Virus record (IMG/VR): IMGVR_UViG_3300005096_000137
Coordinates: 64,001-128,000 of that record
DNA: 64,000 bases
From: a virus
Strand: one strand, 5' to 3'
Under the pieces are notes generated by a model, which was not told where the DNA came from, did not search any database, and worked only from the letters and a program-made list of their open reading frames with translations. The stretch's first letter is position 1. Every line of letters starts with the position of its first letter. The position numbers were made by a program, and so were the translations under genes. Shown one piece after another: positions 35,063 through 43,791 of the stretch.

Positions 35063-35634
35063 AGGCAACGGGCGCGAGCCTAGCACTGTCAAGCATGGCA
35101 GTTGCTGGGCTCCCGGTGTTGACACCACCACCAAAATGCAAACCTATACCCCAGTACCTGGAACTGTTCCAGCCATACCATCGCCGACTCGACGGTGTAA
35201 AACCTGGTCAGTTCTTTACGTACAAGGGTCATTGGAAACAAGTCGAGAGTTACGGAAGTGAAGTACGTTGTGACGGGTACATGTACCTGGGTGATCGTTT
35301 GATGCCACCAAAGAATCGATGGTCCATTGGAGATGCACCAGTGTTTTTGATTGCACTCACTAATGGTCCCATTGTTGAATTGGTAGGCGACTGCTTGGAA
35401 GACCCAGCATTCGCGAAACTCCTGGGACCAATAACTCACCCGTACCCATTTGAATTGTACACCATGATGAACGAGGATGTGCTGTCCGACTTCACATGGT
35501 ATTATGCGGACGTCACACAGAATGCGTGCGAAGAAATGACTTATGGTTCACCCAGCTACCTGGACGTTGAGTCCAGAATGCAGAAGGTGCGAAGTTATTA
35601 TAACATTGACGAGCACGGTATGGTTCAGAAATAG
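35041..35634 (+). CDS. Tat signal peptide protein, paralog family member B
   Basis: LRRDFLKATGASLAL..AVA; GSEVRCDG, PVFLIALTNGPIVE. Confidence 0.78.
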   Translation: MLRRDFLKATGASLALSSMAVAGLPVLTPPPKCKPIPQYLELFQPYHRRLDGVKPGQFFTYKGHWKQVESYGSEVRCDGYMYLGDRLMPPKNRWSIGDAPVFLIALTNGPIVELVGDCLEDPAFAKLLGPITHPYPFELYTMMNEDVLSDFTWYYADVTQNACEEMTYGSPSYLDVESRMQKVRSYYNIDEHGMVQK

Positions 35635-35644
35635 GGGATTTCAG

Positions 35645-36475
35645 ATGGACAGACGCGGATTTCTAGGCAAGCTTGGTATTGGGGTAGCAGCGGCTGGTGT
35701 TTTGGGCCGTGAGGCTATCGCGCGGATTCCCAAGGAGACCAAGAAACTTCCCAAGGAGCTATTACTACCTCCCGAGAAACTCACCTTGGCTGAGGTGACC
35801 ACTGCTGAGGTGACCACTGCTCTCAAGAGTAATTTCCCGGGGTTTGTGGACCAGGTTTCAAATACCGCGACAAAAGTTCCCCGCCGGTTGCCCACTCACA
35901 TTGCCCACCACCTCTACCCAGACAATGGTTTGTACCTCCAATTGATGAACTGCGATCACCATGTCCCTAACAAACGTTACGGTAAATACCGATCGGGAGA
36001 ATACGTGATCCAGAGTATCAATGACCCACCTGGCTTACAGGTCCTTGGTTCAGAGTTTACCATTGATGGCGCTGCCATGGCAGGTTATGTGGCGGTACAC
36101 AGTCCAACGGGGATTATATCCGAGGACCTAAAGAGTCCATTGTTCACTGATTTCCAACTCATGGCCAAGCGGAACCCACTCGACTATCATGTTGGCTGTG
36201 TCATGTGGTTAGCCCTGAGGAATGGTCCAGTGGTTGCATATAACTTCTTGAACAAAGCCCAACATCGGTGTGCCCGTACCCTTCGAGGCTCTCAGGACGT
36301 TGCATATCCTTGGTGTCTACAATCACGGGAATTTCGCAACAATGTGGGTGTGAATCACATTCGCTTTTATTACATGGCTGTGGCTGGAACTACACACGAA
36401 CCCCGGACTACACCCGAATCAATACGTGAGAGATTTGTGGAAGAAGGTATGTCTAACCCTGGAGAATTACGATGA
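35645..36475 (+). CDS. Tat signal peptide protein, paralog family member C
   Basis: True start MDRRGFLGKLGIGVAAAG after AGGGG RBS; YLQL, GSEFTIDG, WLALRNGPVV. Confidence 0.78.
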   Translation: MDRRGFLGKLGIGVAAAGVLGREAIARIPKETKKLPKELLLPPEKLTLAEVTTAEVTTALKSNFPGFVDQVSNTATKVPRRLPTHIAHHLYPDNGLYLQLMNCDHHVPNKRYGKYRSGEYVIQSINDPPGLQVLGSEFTIDGAAMAGYVAVHSPTGIISEDLKSPLFTDFQLMAKRNPLDYHVGCVMWLALRNGPVVAYNFLNKAQHRCARTLRGSQDVAYPWCLQSREFRNNVGVNHIRFYYMAVAGTTHEPRTTPESIRERFVEEGMSNPGELR

Positions 36476-37275
36476 GTTTGAATCGACGCGGCTTTCTTGG
36501 ATTCCTTGGACTGGGTGCAGTTGCTGCTGGAGCAGCATCTATTCCAGCCAAAGCTTTGGCGGGCGCCAAGGACGTGCTCCCTGAGTCTTTATTGACAGAG
36601 GTCTCAACCCCTGAGGCTCTTGTGCCCCACCAAGGGGCTCACTTAGACCCCACCACGGATTACCCTCACATACTCCGCTTGGTCCATGGGAATAGCCATT
36701 GGGCACGCCGTGGGCAGGCTGAGGCTGGGGACTGGATTACCCATGCGTGGAGGTCCAAGCAGTGTGTCTCCCATGGTCGCCGTCTGAGGTGCATCGGGTT
36801 TCGACATTTGGGCGATGTCGCCTTCCACTTCCACGAGCTGGAAGCAGGCACTGTGACAGACAAGTACACAGATCCGGATAGTCCAGAGTTCAAGGAGGTT
36901 GTCCAGAAGGCAGGCGAGTCCCGAGTCCCTTATGGTGTCAGTCATTATGCCTGGGGACCCCGCTATTCCATAACCCTTGTAGGTATTGGAGCTGTCGAAT
37001 TCACGGGGTTGAACCGGAGCAACCGGGGGTTTATGCGGCAGGCGATGGGCAAGCGGACCTCTTGTGACGCATTCACACTGGTGTCCCAAAAGGTGGTTCA
37101 CTCAACTGGCGGAACCTGGTTTAAGCCTACGATGGAATTCATTGATTCAAATGAGAGTAAGCTGTGGACACCCAGCTTAACTCAGCGAGTTGGAAAGAGT
37201 CAAATCTCCAAGTTCGCCAACATGTCCTCAACCCAGTTTGAATCAATGTATCGTGATGACAGGGATATGAGATGA
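36472..37275 (+). CDS. Tat signal peptide protein, paralog family member D (putative phage SSB-like domain)
   Basis: NRRGFLGFLGLGAVAAG..ALA; LRL...S, DPDSPEF, WGPRY, TWFKP. Confidence 0.75.
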   Translation: MSLNRRGFLGFLGLGAVAAGAASIPAKALAGAKDVLPESLLTEVSTPEALVPHQGAHLDPTTDYPHILRLVHGNSHWARRGQAEAGDWITHAWRSKQCVSHGRRLRCIGFRHLGDVAFHFHELEAGTVTDKYTDPDSPEFKEVVQKAGESRVPYGVSHYAWGPRYSITLVGIGAVEFTGLNRSNRGFMRQAMGKRTSCDAFTLVSQKVVHSTGGTWFKPTMEFIDSNESKLWTPSLTQRVGKSQISKFANMSSTQFESMYRDDRDMR

Positions 37276-38288
37276 ACAACCGACGTGATTTCTTAAAGAC
37301 ATTGGGACTTGGAGCCGCTGGGGTTACCCTGGTGGGTCGGCAGTTGTTGGTAGGGTCTCCTAAGGGTGTCCCCTCAGTCAAACTCCCACCAATTAGGGCT
37401 CTGGGGAGTGACTCACTTCCGGTTGATCCCCCGAGGATTGAACTTCCACCAGTTGGAATGACCTACCCTACTCAGGATAACCTACTGCCCTCAATGTGGG
37501 CAGTCAGTGCTCAGAGACTCCTTGAACAGAATCTGGTCATGGGTAATCTGGTTCACCGGGATTGTAGCGACGAGGTGTCACAGTTTGGGGACATAATCAA
37601 TTTGAGAAGCCCTGGCTGCAATATCCCAATACCACTGGACCAGCTTTTCTCCACACACTTTGTCATCAGAGATGGGGATGCCTCCAAGTCCTTTCAAGAA
37701 TTAAGGGAGCAATACCTCCGCCCGAGTATCCAAAAGCTTGCTCGCCAGATTGACCAGGCACTCATTGGGCAAGCTGTCCACTACACGGATAATACCGTTG
37801 GGGGTCAGTACTCTCTCTATGGTGCTAATGCAACCAACACCATCATTGATGCTCGCCGGAAACTAAACGATAATAGGGCACCCCTCTCTGACCGTAACCT
37901 GGTGTTGTCGACTGCCAGCTCGCAAGCCCTAAAGTGTTCAGAGATACTCCCGGTCATTCGGGATGGGGGTGGGTATCCGCCTCAAATCACTGCTCTCGAA
38001 GAAGCACGTCTGGGAAAGTACATTGGCTTCACCTGCTGGCATGTTCCTGATATGCCGTGGCATATCAACCTGGGTTTCCACCCTGACACAATGGCCCTGG
38101 TCACCCGACCATTACCTCTGGCCCTACCTAGACTCCCCATCCGCTCAGGTATTGGTGTTCACAACAACCTTGCACTCCGGGTGTCAATGATGTATGACGT
38201 GCAGACGTCTGGGACACGGATAACCACGGATGTGTTGGCGGGTATTGGTGTTCTTGACACTAACTTAGGCGTTATCATAGAAGGCTAG
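37272..38288 (+). CDS. Tat signal peptide fused to a P22 gp5-type (HK97-fold) major-capsid-like domain
   Basis: NRRDFLKTLGLGAAG; LVMGNLVHRD...FGD.IN, YLRP....LA.QID, IDARRKLN...AP...R.LVL, GFH..MALVTRPL, LRVSM.YD, DVL.G..VLD. Confidence 0.82.
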   Translation: MNNRRDFLKTLGLGAAGVTLVGRQLLVGSPKGVPSVKLPPIRALGSDSLPVDPPRIELPPVGMTYPTQDNLLPSMWAVSAQRLLEQNLVMGNLVHRDCSDEVSQFGDIINLRSPGCNIPIPLDQLFSTHFVIRDGDASKSFQELREQYLRPSIQKLARQIDQALIGQAVHYTDNTVGGQYSLYGANATNTIIDARRKLNDNRAPLSDRNLVLSTASSQALKCSEILPVIRDGGGYPPQITALEEARLGKYIGFTCWHVPDMPWHINLGFHPDTMALVTRPLPLALPRLPIRSGIGVHNNLALRVSMMYDVQTSGTRITTDVLAGIGVLDTNLGVIIEG

Positions 38289-38295
38289 ACATATT

Positions 38296-39372
38296 ATGTA
38301 CAGAATAATCAGAGGCGATAATTTGGACTGGTTTGACCAGACCTATCGGAGGTTTGACACCATCTTTGCCGACCCACCTGATAACATCGGGCTGGGGTAC
38401 AATGAGTACGTGGATAAGGTGGTCGCGACCACTTACACCACAAGTCTAAGTATGTGGCTCCATGCCTTTATTCCTCGCGCTGAGACTACCTGGCTGTCCT
38501 TCAATTCCCGATGGTTATTACCGATGGCAGCCATTGCACAGCAGGTGGTTGATAAGTTTGGTGTCGAATTCAAACCCTGCGTCCAGACCTTCAGCTTCTA
38601 TCAGAACAACAAGTTCGACTTGGGCAATGCCCACCGTCCCCTCTGGAGGTTCTGTCATCCTGGGGTCAAGCTGTATCCAGAGGCTGTGAAGGTCCCCTCC
38701 TGGCGTCAGCTCAATGGCGACAAGCGTGCAACCGCCGGCGGGAAGGTCCCGGGCGATGCGTTTGACTTCACTAAGCTTCCCGAGAAGCAACGTCGAGATT
38801 GGCACACCAGAGCGGTTCAGAGCGGCGAGTGGGTCGTGGACGCCCTCATCCCTGATGATCACTTCGATTTCACCCGAGTCACTGGGAATAGTAAACAGCG
38901 TCGAAACTGGCATCCCACCCAATTGGGGGAGGGACTTGTCGAACGGTGCGTCCGGCTGACAACACCCAACGGGGGAACTGTCATGGACCCCTTTGCAGGT
39001 ACAGGTACCACCCTCCGGGTATGCAAGAGCATCGGGAATCTGGATTGCACCCTGGTTGAATTAGATCCAAAGTACTGCCAACATATTGCGGAGGAACACA
39101 ATTTGACTGTCGAAGCAATTAAACAAGAGTTTTGTGCGAAGTGTCACAATACAGACCCAAACAAGACAACAGGAGTCGAGTATGCTTACGGATCACCAGA
39201 CCGATATGATGGCGTCTCTGAATGGCGCTGCGCTGTATGTCATGCCCGCACCGGTCGTTGGTCTGGGAAAGTGCTCACCGGTGGCGAGAAGGAGCGTAGA
39301 TTTGGCGTGGATTATAAAGACCAAGAAACCCTTGAAGACGGAACCACCCTCCAACATAGGTACGAACGATGA
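38296..39372 (+). CDS. beta-class N4/N6 DNA methyltransferase with C-terminal Zn ribbon
   Basis: IFADPPDN (motif IV variant), HPTQ, MDPFAGTGTT, ELDP.YC; CAKC...CAVC. Confidence 0.82.
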   Translation: MYRIIRGDNLDWFDQTYRRFDTIFADPPDNIGLGYNEYVDKVVATTYTTSLSMWLHAFIPRAETTWLSFNSRWLLPMAAIAQQVVDKFGVEFKPCVQTFSFYQNNKFDLGNAHRPLWRFCHPGVKLYPEAVKVPSWRQLNGDKRATAGGKVPGDAFDFTKLPEKQRRDWHTRAVQSGEWVVDALIPDDHFDFTRVTGNSKQRRNWHPTQLGEGLVERCVRLTTPNGGTVMDPFAGTGTTLRVCKSIGNLDCTLVELDPKYCQHIAEEHNLTVEAIKQEFCAKCHNTDPNKTTGVEYAYGSPDRYDGVSEWRCAVCHARTGRWSGKVLTGGEKERRFGVDYKDQETLEDGTTLQHRYER

Positions 39373-39409
39373 CTGATTCCATTTACGATTTACGAATGCG
39401 GAGACAACA

Positions 39410-39628
39410 ATGAGTACAATGAATGACTGTCGAGGTACAACAATCCATCTTGGTGATCGAGTGGTGTTTCCCGATGAAAGGGATGGTTATCTGAGGCTGC
39501 GCGAAGGGGTGGTGACCAATGTGAGCCAAGAGAGGGTATGCGCGATGCCACTCCCTGAGAGTGACATCCCTCATTGTATCTACGTCCTTCGTTCACCTCA
39601 CTTGATGATGGTTACGAACGGTGACTGA
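39410..39628 (+). CDS. small D..G..I..GD (SH3/KOW-like) protein
   Basis: MNDCRGTTIHLGDRVVF. Confidence 0.65.
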   Translation: MSTMNDCRGTTIHLGDRVVFPDERDGYLRLREGVVTNVSQERVCAMPLPESDIPHCIYVLRSPHLMMVTNGD

Positions 39629-40268
39629 AACAATTGGCTTCCCGCACGGGCACCATTGGTACTCGTTGATGGACCGTATGGGCATACCACATCGGAAATC
39701 AGTGTTTGAACGACTCCGGGATAGTTATTCTGAACCTGCCCGAGCGTACCACAATGGGGTTCATCTCTCGAACTGTCTGGCTGAGTTGAGTGTGTGGCAT
39801 GGGCTTGCCAGGTATCCTGATGAAGTTGAGTTTGCCTTGTGGTTTCATGACATAGTCTATGACACACATCGTGATGACAATGAAGACCACAGTGCCGCAT
39901 TTGCTGCGGAAATTCTCGATTATGCTGGTTGTGATGAACAAGTCCGCTACCGTATCATTGGGAATATCCTCGCAACCAGTCACACTGAGGGTTGGAACCA
40001 CACAGACGAGAAACTTACTGCTGATATTGACCTCACTACCCTGGGTGAGTCAGAGTGGGTGTACTGCGAATTTGAGAGAGCAATCCGGCTGGAATACCTC
40101 TGGGTGCCCCTTCCGGAGTATTGTAAGAAACGGATCGAGGTTTTGCAGGGCTTCCTCGATCGGGAACGTATTTACCACCATGCTGCAATTGCCGACCTCT
40201 TTGAGGAACCAGCTAGGCGGAATTTGAAACGGGCAATAGGGTGGGTGTCCGCAAGCAGTGGCATTTGA
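39621..40268 (+). CDS. HD-superfamily phosphohydrolase (COG4339-like)
   Basis: YSEPARAYHN..H, ALWFHDIVYD, NE..SA, DIDL, IR.EY. Confidence 0.88.
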   Translation: MTETIGFPHGHHWYSLMDRMGIPHRKSVFERLRDSYSEPARAYHNGVHLSNCLAELSVWHGLARYPDEVEFALWFHDIVYDTHRDDNEDHSAAFAAEILDYAGCDEQVRYRIIGNILATSHTEGWNHTDEKLTADIDLTTLGESEWVYCEFERAIRLEYLWVPLPEYCKKRIEVLQGFLDRERIYHHAAIADLFEEPARRNLKRAIGWVSASSGI

Positions 40269-40278
40269 CAACTTCCAC

Positions 40279-40307
40279 TTGACAACTTCCACTTGATAAA
40301 CTAGAAT
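40279..40307 (+). promoter_or_regulatory. sigma70-type promoter within a 14-bp tandem duplication
   Basis: TTGACA-17-TAGAAT; TTGACAACTTCCAC occurs twice. Confidence 0.75.
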
Positions 40308-40317
40308 TGAGAGTAGG

Positions 40318-40533
40318 ATGAACGACATGTATTTAACTGACTTCCGAGGCGTAATCATCCGGCATGGGGACACCATTGTCTGTGCCATGTTCGTACTCGG
40401 AACACTGACGATGGTGGAAGGTAAGGTCACGTCTATTGGTGGCAATTACCTGACAGTCGAAGACATTACAGGGGAGTCCCACAGTATTATGGGCATGAAT
40501 TTGGTTACTGTTTTGGAGGATCACCGTGCTTGA
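40318..40533 (+). CDS. small D..G..I..GD protein
   Basis: TDFRGVIIRHGDTIV. Confidence 0.65.
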   Translation: MNDMYLTDFRGVIIRHGDTIVCAMFVLGTLTMVEGKVTSIGGNYLTVEDITGESHSIMGMNLVTVLEDHRA

Positions 40534-40738
40534 TTGTGCCGGACTGGATATTGACGTCAGAGACGAAGTTGTGTTTGTGGATATCGACGAGTTGGGACAT
40601 CAATGCCTGACCTGTGCCAACGTGTCTGTCGTGAATGATGTTGGCATTAGGGTGGTTGAACAAGATGGTACAGCTTGCAACATCACAGAGTCAAAGAAGG
40701 TTGCTGTCACTTGGAAAGAGGGTTACAGACAAGAATGA
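40526..40738 (+). CDS. small D..G..I..GD protein
   Basis: LDCAGLDIDVRDEVVF; GGAGG RBS. Confidence 0.65.
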   Translation: MLDCAGLDIDVRDEVVFVDIDELGHQCLTCANVSVVNDVGIRVVEQDGTACNITESKKVAVTWKEGYRQE

Positions 40739-40926
40739 ACGACTATTGGGGCGATGAAATCCAGAAGGATGATGTGCTTGCCTTCAGCGACGGCAGCCGA
40801 ATGATCCAAGTCAGGGTAGTGAAACTATTCTGTAATGGTGTCGACGTGATCCATGAGGGGGGCACCCCTGATATGTTCTTCATCGAAGATACCGAAGAAT
40901 CCACAATCATTAAAGCCCGAGTCTAG
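40735..40926 (+). CDS. small D..G..I..GD protein
   Basis: NDYWGDEIQKDDVLAF; ATGA coupling. Confidence 0.65.
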   Translation: MNDYWGDEIQKDDVLAFSDGSRMIQVRVVKLFCNGVDVIHEGGTPDMFFIEDTEESTIIKARV

Positions 40927-40927
40927 C

Positions 40928-41158
40928 ATGCCCAATACTTACGACGACACTGCCCCCCAGACTGACTTCTATGGGAAGGAAATCAAAGTGGGCGACCGCC
41001 TACTCTGTATTGGGTATTTCAAGGAGTTCCTGGTTGTCAATGTTACCGAGGTGTACCAAGACAGAGTGATTACGGACCATCCCAATGGTGCCTTCTGTGG
41101 CTTCTCGCTGACCCGGACTAACAGAAACACTATCATCCAATCAAAGGAAACCACCTGA
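40928..41158 (+). CDS. small D..G..I..GD protein
   Basis: TDFYGKEIKVGDRLL. Confidence 0.65.
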   Translation: MPNTYDDTAPQTDFYGKEIKVGDRLLCIGYFKEFLVVNVTEVYQDRVITDHPNGAFCGFSLTRTNRNTIIQSKETT

Positions 41159-41382
41159 TGCCCGTTTATGATTACGTTTGTGAAGCCTGCGAAGTTATTT
41201 CCACCATCACTCATGGTATGCACGAGACAAAGAAGAAGTGTCCAGAGTGTGGTAAGCTCAAGTTGAAACGGTCGTGGCAGAAGGTCGCCGCGTATCACAC
41301 TCGCGTGTCCAACATGCACCCCCGGGTCAACCGGGGCAAGGGTAACACCGGAGTCTACAAAGGGGGTAAACATGACAAATAA
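41158..41382 (+). CDS. FmdB-type zinc ribbon protein
   Basis: MPVYDYVCEAC...CPECG. Confidence 0.85.
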   Translation: MPVYDYVCEACEVISTITHGMHETKKKCPECGKLKLKRSWQKVAAYHTRVSNMHPRVNRGKGNTGVYKGGKHDK

Positions 41383-42079
41383 ACCCTTCTCCAGGTTCGT
41401 TTCGATTGACATCGAGACCACTGGGCTGGACGAGAATACCTGTGATATCATCGAGATTGGTGCAGTGATTGATGATTGGCTGGAACCCCTTGAGGACCCA
41501 CCAACGTTCCACTGTTACCTGAAACGGGGTAGCTACAAGGGTGAACCTTATGCTCTGTCCATGCACCCAATCATCTTCCGACGCATCGCCGAGGAGGAGG
41601 AAGGGTATGATTATCATTACCCCAACCAAGTCGCTAAGATATTTGGCAGTTGGATGCGGGAAAATGGCGCATACTCCATGGGTGAGGACGGACGGTATGG
41701 TCGCGCCAATGTTGCAGGCAAATGTTTTGCAAACTTTGATCATCCATTCCTAAAGAAACTACCTGACTGGGTGGAGCAGACCCGGTACGTCCGACGAGTC
41801 TTGGATCCCGGTATGTTGTACTGGAATCCACTTGAGGATGATTGTTTGCCCAGCTTGGACCAGTGTATGGCACGGGCTGGTATTGAGGGTATTGTACCAC
41901 ACACTGCATTGGAGGATGCCATTCTCACTGCCCTGGTAATCCATAAGGGTATCCACCGCCTCAAGTGTATGCCCAATTCAGTACCAGGCGGCGAACACCC
42001 TCCATTTAATACCGAAGGTACACTGAGTGGTCGGTTATCTGGAAAACACCCTAATGAATCCAACGGGGGTAAACCGTGA
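41372..42079 (+). CDS. DEDDh 3'-5' exonuclease
   Basis: IDIETTGL, IEIGAV, NFD..FL, HTALEDA. Confidence 0.88.
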   Translation: MTNKPFSRFVSIDIETTGLDENTCDIIEIGAVIDDWLEPLEDPPTFHCYLKRGSYKGEPYALSMHPIIFRRIAEEEEGYDYHYPNQVAKIFGSWMRENGAYSMGEDGRYGRANVAGKCFANFDHPFLKKLPDWVEQTRYVRRVLDPGMLYWNPLEDDCLPSLDQCMARAGIEGIVPHTALEDAILTALVIHKGIHRLKCMPNSVPGGEHPPFNTEGTLSGRLSGKHPNESNGGKP

Positions 42080-42468
42080 ACGCCAACAATATCATCCAAC
42101 AGATACGAGGTATGAAGGGGTTGGTCCTGGAAGGGAACCGAACTACTATTGCGATCAGGTTCCGTGACCTGATTACCGAGTCTTTGAAAGCAGCCGGGGA
42201 GTCCACCTCTGGCTATATGAAGTGGGTTGAGAACGACGCTAAGTTGTTCATCAAAGCCTGTGACCTGACACACCCTCCGACTCGGACTGACGTCGACATG
42301 TCTGCACCAGCAACCTTACTTGCCCAATTCGTTGACAAGTGGGCAGCAGTGGATTCAGTTAAGGTCGACGATGGTGAATTCCAACAGATGTCTCAAGAAA
42401 CCTTCAATGTGAAGAGCAGCCTCCTCCAAGAATTGAAAGCCGTGATTGATGCTGGGGGTCCAGACTAA
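42076..42468 (+). CDS. hypothetical protein
   Basis: GTGA coupling. Confidence 0.55.
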   Translation: MNANNIIQQIRGMKGLVLEGNRTTIAIRFRDLITESLKAAGESTSGYMKWVENDAKLFIKACDLTHPPTRTDVDMSAPATLLAQFVDKWAAVDSVKVDDGEFQQMSQETFNVKSSLLQELKAVIDAGGPD

Positions 42469-42643
42469 TGAAACTGATTGTCATGGATTTGGTCCTCCGT
42501 AAATTTGAGGAGGCGAGGTTGGCGGAGATGGATGAGTTAGGCAAGGCTTATGCAGAAGATGCCGACCGTACTTCCCCCGTTTTTCCACAACCACCTCTCC
42601 CTCCCAACCCTCACCCTAAACCCCCTTATTGGAACTTTTGGTA

Positions 42644-43723
42644 ATGTCGAAAACAATAGTTAGCGTCGAACGTGTTAATGCTGTAGAAGCCCATCCCAAT
42701 GCTGATCGTCTGGAAGTTATCCGGGTGCTTGGTTATCAAGTGGTTACCCAGAAGGGTAACTACAAGGTTGGAGACCTTGCTGTATACTTCCCTCCGGATA
42801 TCCTCATCCCGCTTGACGCGGCTGAAGAGTTGGGGGTCGCGAAGTATTTGAAACATGCGATATTTCCGGGTGAGGAAGTTCAGACACAGTGCCGAGTCGG
42901 AGCCACTCGTTTGCGAGGGAAGCCTTCGCATGGGTTCTGTACGCCCACCACCCATGACTGCCGAATACCGGCTGGTACACCCCTTGGGACTAACGTCTCT
43001 GACTACTACAATGCCCACAAGTATGACCCACCGGTTCGGCTTGGCGCTGGAGATGCGGCCAGCCCCTTGGAAGCTTTCCATGGGTATACTAGTATCGAGA
43101 ATGTACAACGATACACTGATGCGTTCCAAGAAACGGATCAGGTAGTTATTACCGAGAAGCTTCATGGCGTCAATTGCCGGTTGGGTCTCATCCGTGACCC
43201 CAGTGGTGAGTACCAGTTCTGCGCTGGGTCCCACAATGTCCGTCGAAAAGAGGGCGGGTTGTATTGGCACTTCATGCAGGAACAGGTCCTCCATATGCTT
43301 ACGTCCCTAGTTGCGGGACGGGATGGTGAACCCTGCCATAACGCTATTATCTTCGGGGAAATCTTTGGACCTGGCATTCAAGACTTGGATTATGGGCGGT
43401 CTGAGAAGTCATTCCGGGTTTTCGACATCTCCATTGATGGCGAGTACATGAACTACTGGGATATGGTGAAACACTGTGATGCCCACCGGCTGAGGTGTGT
43501 TCCCCACCTGTATACAGGTGCCTACAGTGCTGATGTCGTGGAACACCATACCTATGGGGACACCACCTTTGATGACACAAAGAGTACGTTCAAAGGGCGG
43601 GAGGGCTGTGTAGTCCGACCTATCCACGAAGCCTATAGTGACATCCTTGGCGGACGTTTGATTGTGAAGTCAGTCTCAGCCGACTATCGGGACCGTAAGG
43701 GTGCCAAAGACACTGGTGAGTAG
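42644..43723 (+). CDS. RNA ligase, DRB0094/Rnl5 family
   Basis: N-terminal OB HPNADRLE, TEKLHG.N, FGEIFGPGIQ, FDI, REGCV, KSVS..Y. Confidence 0.9.
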   Translation: MSKTIVSVERVNAVEAHPNADRLEVIRVLGYQVVTQKGNYKVGDLAVYFPPDILIPLDAAEELGVAKYLKHAIFPGEEVQTQCRVGATRLRGKPSHGFCTPTTHDCRIPAGTPLGTNVSDYYNAHKYDPPVRLGAGDAASPLEAFHGYTSIENVQRYTDAFQETDQVVITEKLHGVNCRLGLIRDPSGEYQFCAGSHNVRRKEGGLYWHFMQEQVLHMLTSLVAGRDGEPCHNAIIFGEIFGPGIQDLDYGRSEKSFRVFDISIDGEYMNYWDMVKHCDAHRLRCVPHLYTGAYSADVVEHHTYGDTTFDDTKSTFKGREGCVVRPIHEAYSDILGGRLIVKSVSADYRDRKGAKDTGE

Positions 43724-43726
43724 CGG

Positions 43727-43779
43727 CGCATAACTGACGCATAACTGACGCATAACTGACGCATAACTGACGCATAACT
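43727..43779 (+). repeat. 11-bp tandem repeat (CGCATAACTGA x4.8)
   Basis: Read directly; intergenic, just before an RBS. Confidence 0.95.
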
Positions 43780-43791
43780 TCGGAGAGACAG

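Noticed and set aside
35543-35644. Upstream start given in the ORF track
   Set aside because: It overlaps the previous gene; the RBS and Tat motif place the start at 35645.
37272-38288. Treating this as the phage's real head gene or an encapsulin
   Set aside because: No portal, protease or terminase neighbours. It has a Tat leader and an apparently deleted E-loop, and the motifs are P22 gp5-like.
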